The notes under the pieces were generated by a model. It did not search any database. It saw only the letters and a program-made list of their open reading frames with translations, and had not been told where the DNA came from. From an uncultured bacterium (GTDB lineage Bacteria; JAJVIF01; JAPKYR01): a DNA stretch of 25,454 nucleotides. Each line of letters opens with the position of its first letter. The first letter of the stretch is position 1. Both the position numbers and the translations under genes were made by a program. The DNA is taken from the NCBI GenBank assembly GCA_965369865.1, contig CBDURU010000041.1:1-25454 (forward strand), given 5' to 3'. This document shows, piece after piece, positions 23,905 through 25,454 of this stretch.

Positions 23905-25137
23905 TTATACACCGTTATCCACATCCGTGCTTTCATTATTCACAATTTCTCCACCGAGCGAATCAGCCTCCGGTTGTACAACCGGTTCAGTATCTCCGGC
24001 GGACAGGTTCTCATCGAAAGGCCAGGGCTGAGGAATGACCTCGCCGGTTTCCGGATCGACCGGCAACTCGATCCTGGGAACAGGCTGCCCCAGAGAGGGA
24101 CTGGTGATTTCCGGGAAACCCTGCCTGATCAGGTAAAAGACACCATCCCTGAAACGGTCATAAGCGGATGGAACCAGCCTGCCGTCAATTTCCCTGGTAA
24201 GGGTATCCAGCCTCGCATCGTAACAATCAACGGTCGCCTGTGCGTTCTCATCCCCGCAGACACCCATAATGTAGGCGTCGGCACGCCCGTCCTCGTCCAG
24301 GTCATAAGAACGATAGAAAAACCCACCAGGAAGCCACCTCTTGTTAATAGTGAAACGGACCCCGCCGAGAAGTTCGGTCTCCGGAAACCGTGGATCGGGG
24401 AGCACGTTACCCATTTTCGCGCCGCGGTAACCGAATCTTGGTTCGTTATCGAGAACAGGCTGCCAGAGGTTTCTGACGTGCAGGAAGTCTATAGACTTAT
24501 GTCCGAACCAGAGTTCCTTGAATCCGGACACCCTTCTCGGCTCAAAAAATGTTCTTCTGAGATTCAGGGAATTCACCGGGTAGGCAGGCAGGTAGCCCTC
24601 TTTAAGCAACGGGTCGACAGGCTCACCCGTTCCCCAGGAGTTCATGTCGCCTCCCCAGATATAGTCGGGATAGTAATCATGCGAAATCCTGTACTGTTCG
24701 ACAGCGTCCCGGATTTCCAGGATCCTTGAACGGGCAGTAGCCTTAAGGTGATTAACCGTTAAAGGTTGTATAAAAAGTACCGCCGGTGAATACACAAACA
24801 GCAAACTCAGGAGAATGACACTTACAAAATTACTCAGGACGTGCAGGGTGAAGATCCTCTGGAATCCCCATCGCCGGAAGAGAAATGCGTTGATGGGGAA
24901 TTTCACAATGAGAAACAGGAAGAAGCTGTCGCGAAGAGCCCAGTTACGGACTTCGGGCCACCATCCGAAAAACCAGCCGGTCAGGGAAATGAGTAACAGC
25001 AGCGCGATTCCGCAGAGGTTGGATGCGAACACGCGGCTTACAAGCCCTGGCACGGGTCTACCGGCAACCCATCGGACGGTAAGGCTTTCAAAGAAAATAA
25101 GGTAAATAAAAGGAACTATGTAACCCCAGATATTCAT
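23905..25137 (-). CDS. Membrane protein (about 4 TM) fused to a pseudopilin-like extracytoplasmic domain
   Basis: Hydrophobic N-terminal ~125 aa, then ILEIRDAVEQYRISHDYYP..DPLLKEGYLPAYP; DLDEDG motif; Pro/acidic tail. Confidence 0.7.
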   Translation of the reverse strand: MNIWGYIVPFIYLIFFESLTVRWVAGRPVPGLVSRVFASNLCGIALLLLISLTGWFFGWWPEVRNWALRDSFFLFLIVKFPINAFLFRRWGFQRIFTLHVLSNFVSVILLSLLFVYSPAVLFIQPLTVNHLKATARSRILEIRDAVEQYRISHDYYPDYIWGGDMNSWGTGEPVDPLLKEGYLPAYPVNSLNLRRTFFEPRRVSGFKELWFGHKSIDFLHVRNLWQPVLDNEPRFGYRGAKMGNVLPDPRFPETELLGGVRFTINKRWLPGGFFYRSYDLDEDGRADAYIMGVCGDENAQATVDCYDARLDTLTREIDGRLVPSAYDRFRDGVFYLIRQGFPEITSPSLGQPVPRIELPVDPETGEVIPQPWPFDENLSAGDTEPVVQPEADSLGGEIVNNESTDVDNGV

Positions 25138-25252
25138 TCGCTTTTTCTAATACACAATTCTTTAAAAAAATTCCCAGGGGATCGGGACTAACCCTGAAGC
25201 ATGGAATTATACCCTTCAGAAATAAAATTTACACTCTGTTGGCGTAAATGAT

Positions 25253-25454
25253 TGTTAATACTTACTAACCTGCGCGTTGATTTAGAATTTTCTTGTAGGG
25301 GCAGTGCTTGCTCTGCCTATCAGCTCTGCCTATCAGGGACGCAGCAAGCAGCGTACCTACTGTTTATACTTACTAACCTGCGCGTTGATTTAGGATTTCC
25401 TTGTAGGGGCAGTGCTTGCTCTGCCCACCAGGGACGCAGCAAGCAGCGTTCCTA
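25253..25454. repeat. Tandem array of GTAG-type REP doublets (BIME-like), running off the window
   Basis: The unit 25253-25360 is repeated from 25361. Each unit has GTAGGGGCAGTGCTTGCTCTGCC and an inverted GGGACGCAGCAAGCAGCGT(A/T)CCTA(C). Confidence 0.9.

Noticed and set aside
23696..24729. Plus-strand ORFs 23696..24031 (111 aa) and 23974..24729 (251 aa), and the other short overlapping ORFs in the track
   Set aside because: They run through a repeat element or lie antisense to or inside better-supported genes, without RBS or recognisable motifs.

Overview
Bacterial chromosomal window, probably from a poorly characterised lineage (taxonomy cannot be assigned from this sequence alone). Recognisable genes are priA (5'-truncated), folE, mqnD, a SAM methyltransferase, dodecin, a Wzt-type ABC ATPase, efp, deoC, a DegS-like kinase and ymdB. 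They are interspersed with many uncharacterised exported or lipoproteins: a TolB-like propeller, a 14-Cys small secreted protein paired with a lipoprotein, a 950-aa DxxGxDxY-repeat lipoprotein, two acidic PPC-like repeat proteins and three pilin-like-domain proteins. The most striking non-coding feature is a dense set of REP palindromes. A REP-associated tyrosine transposase (RAYT) is flanked by inverted CGGGTG-led hairpins, and related hairpins lie 12 kb away. There are several GTAG-type REP doublets and three REP-anchored tandem duplications. Two 130-140 bp MITE-like elements with related terminal inverted repeats carry REP hairpins as their internal cargo. A candidate ~175-nt structured RNA lies next to ymdB. 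No rRNA, tRNA or CRISPR array was seen.
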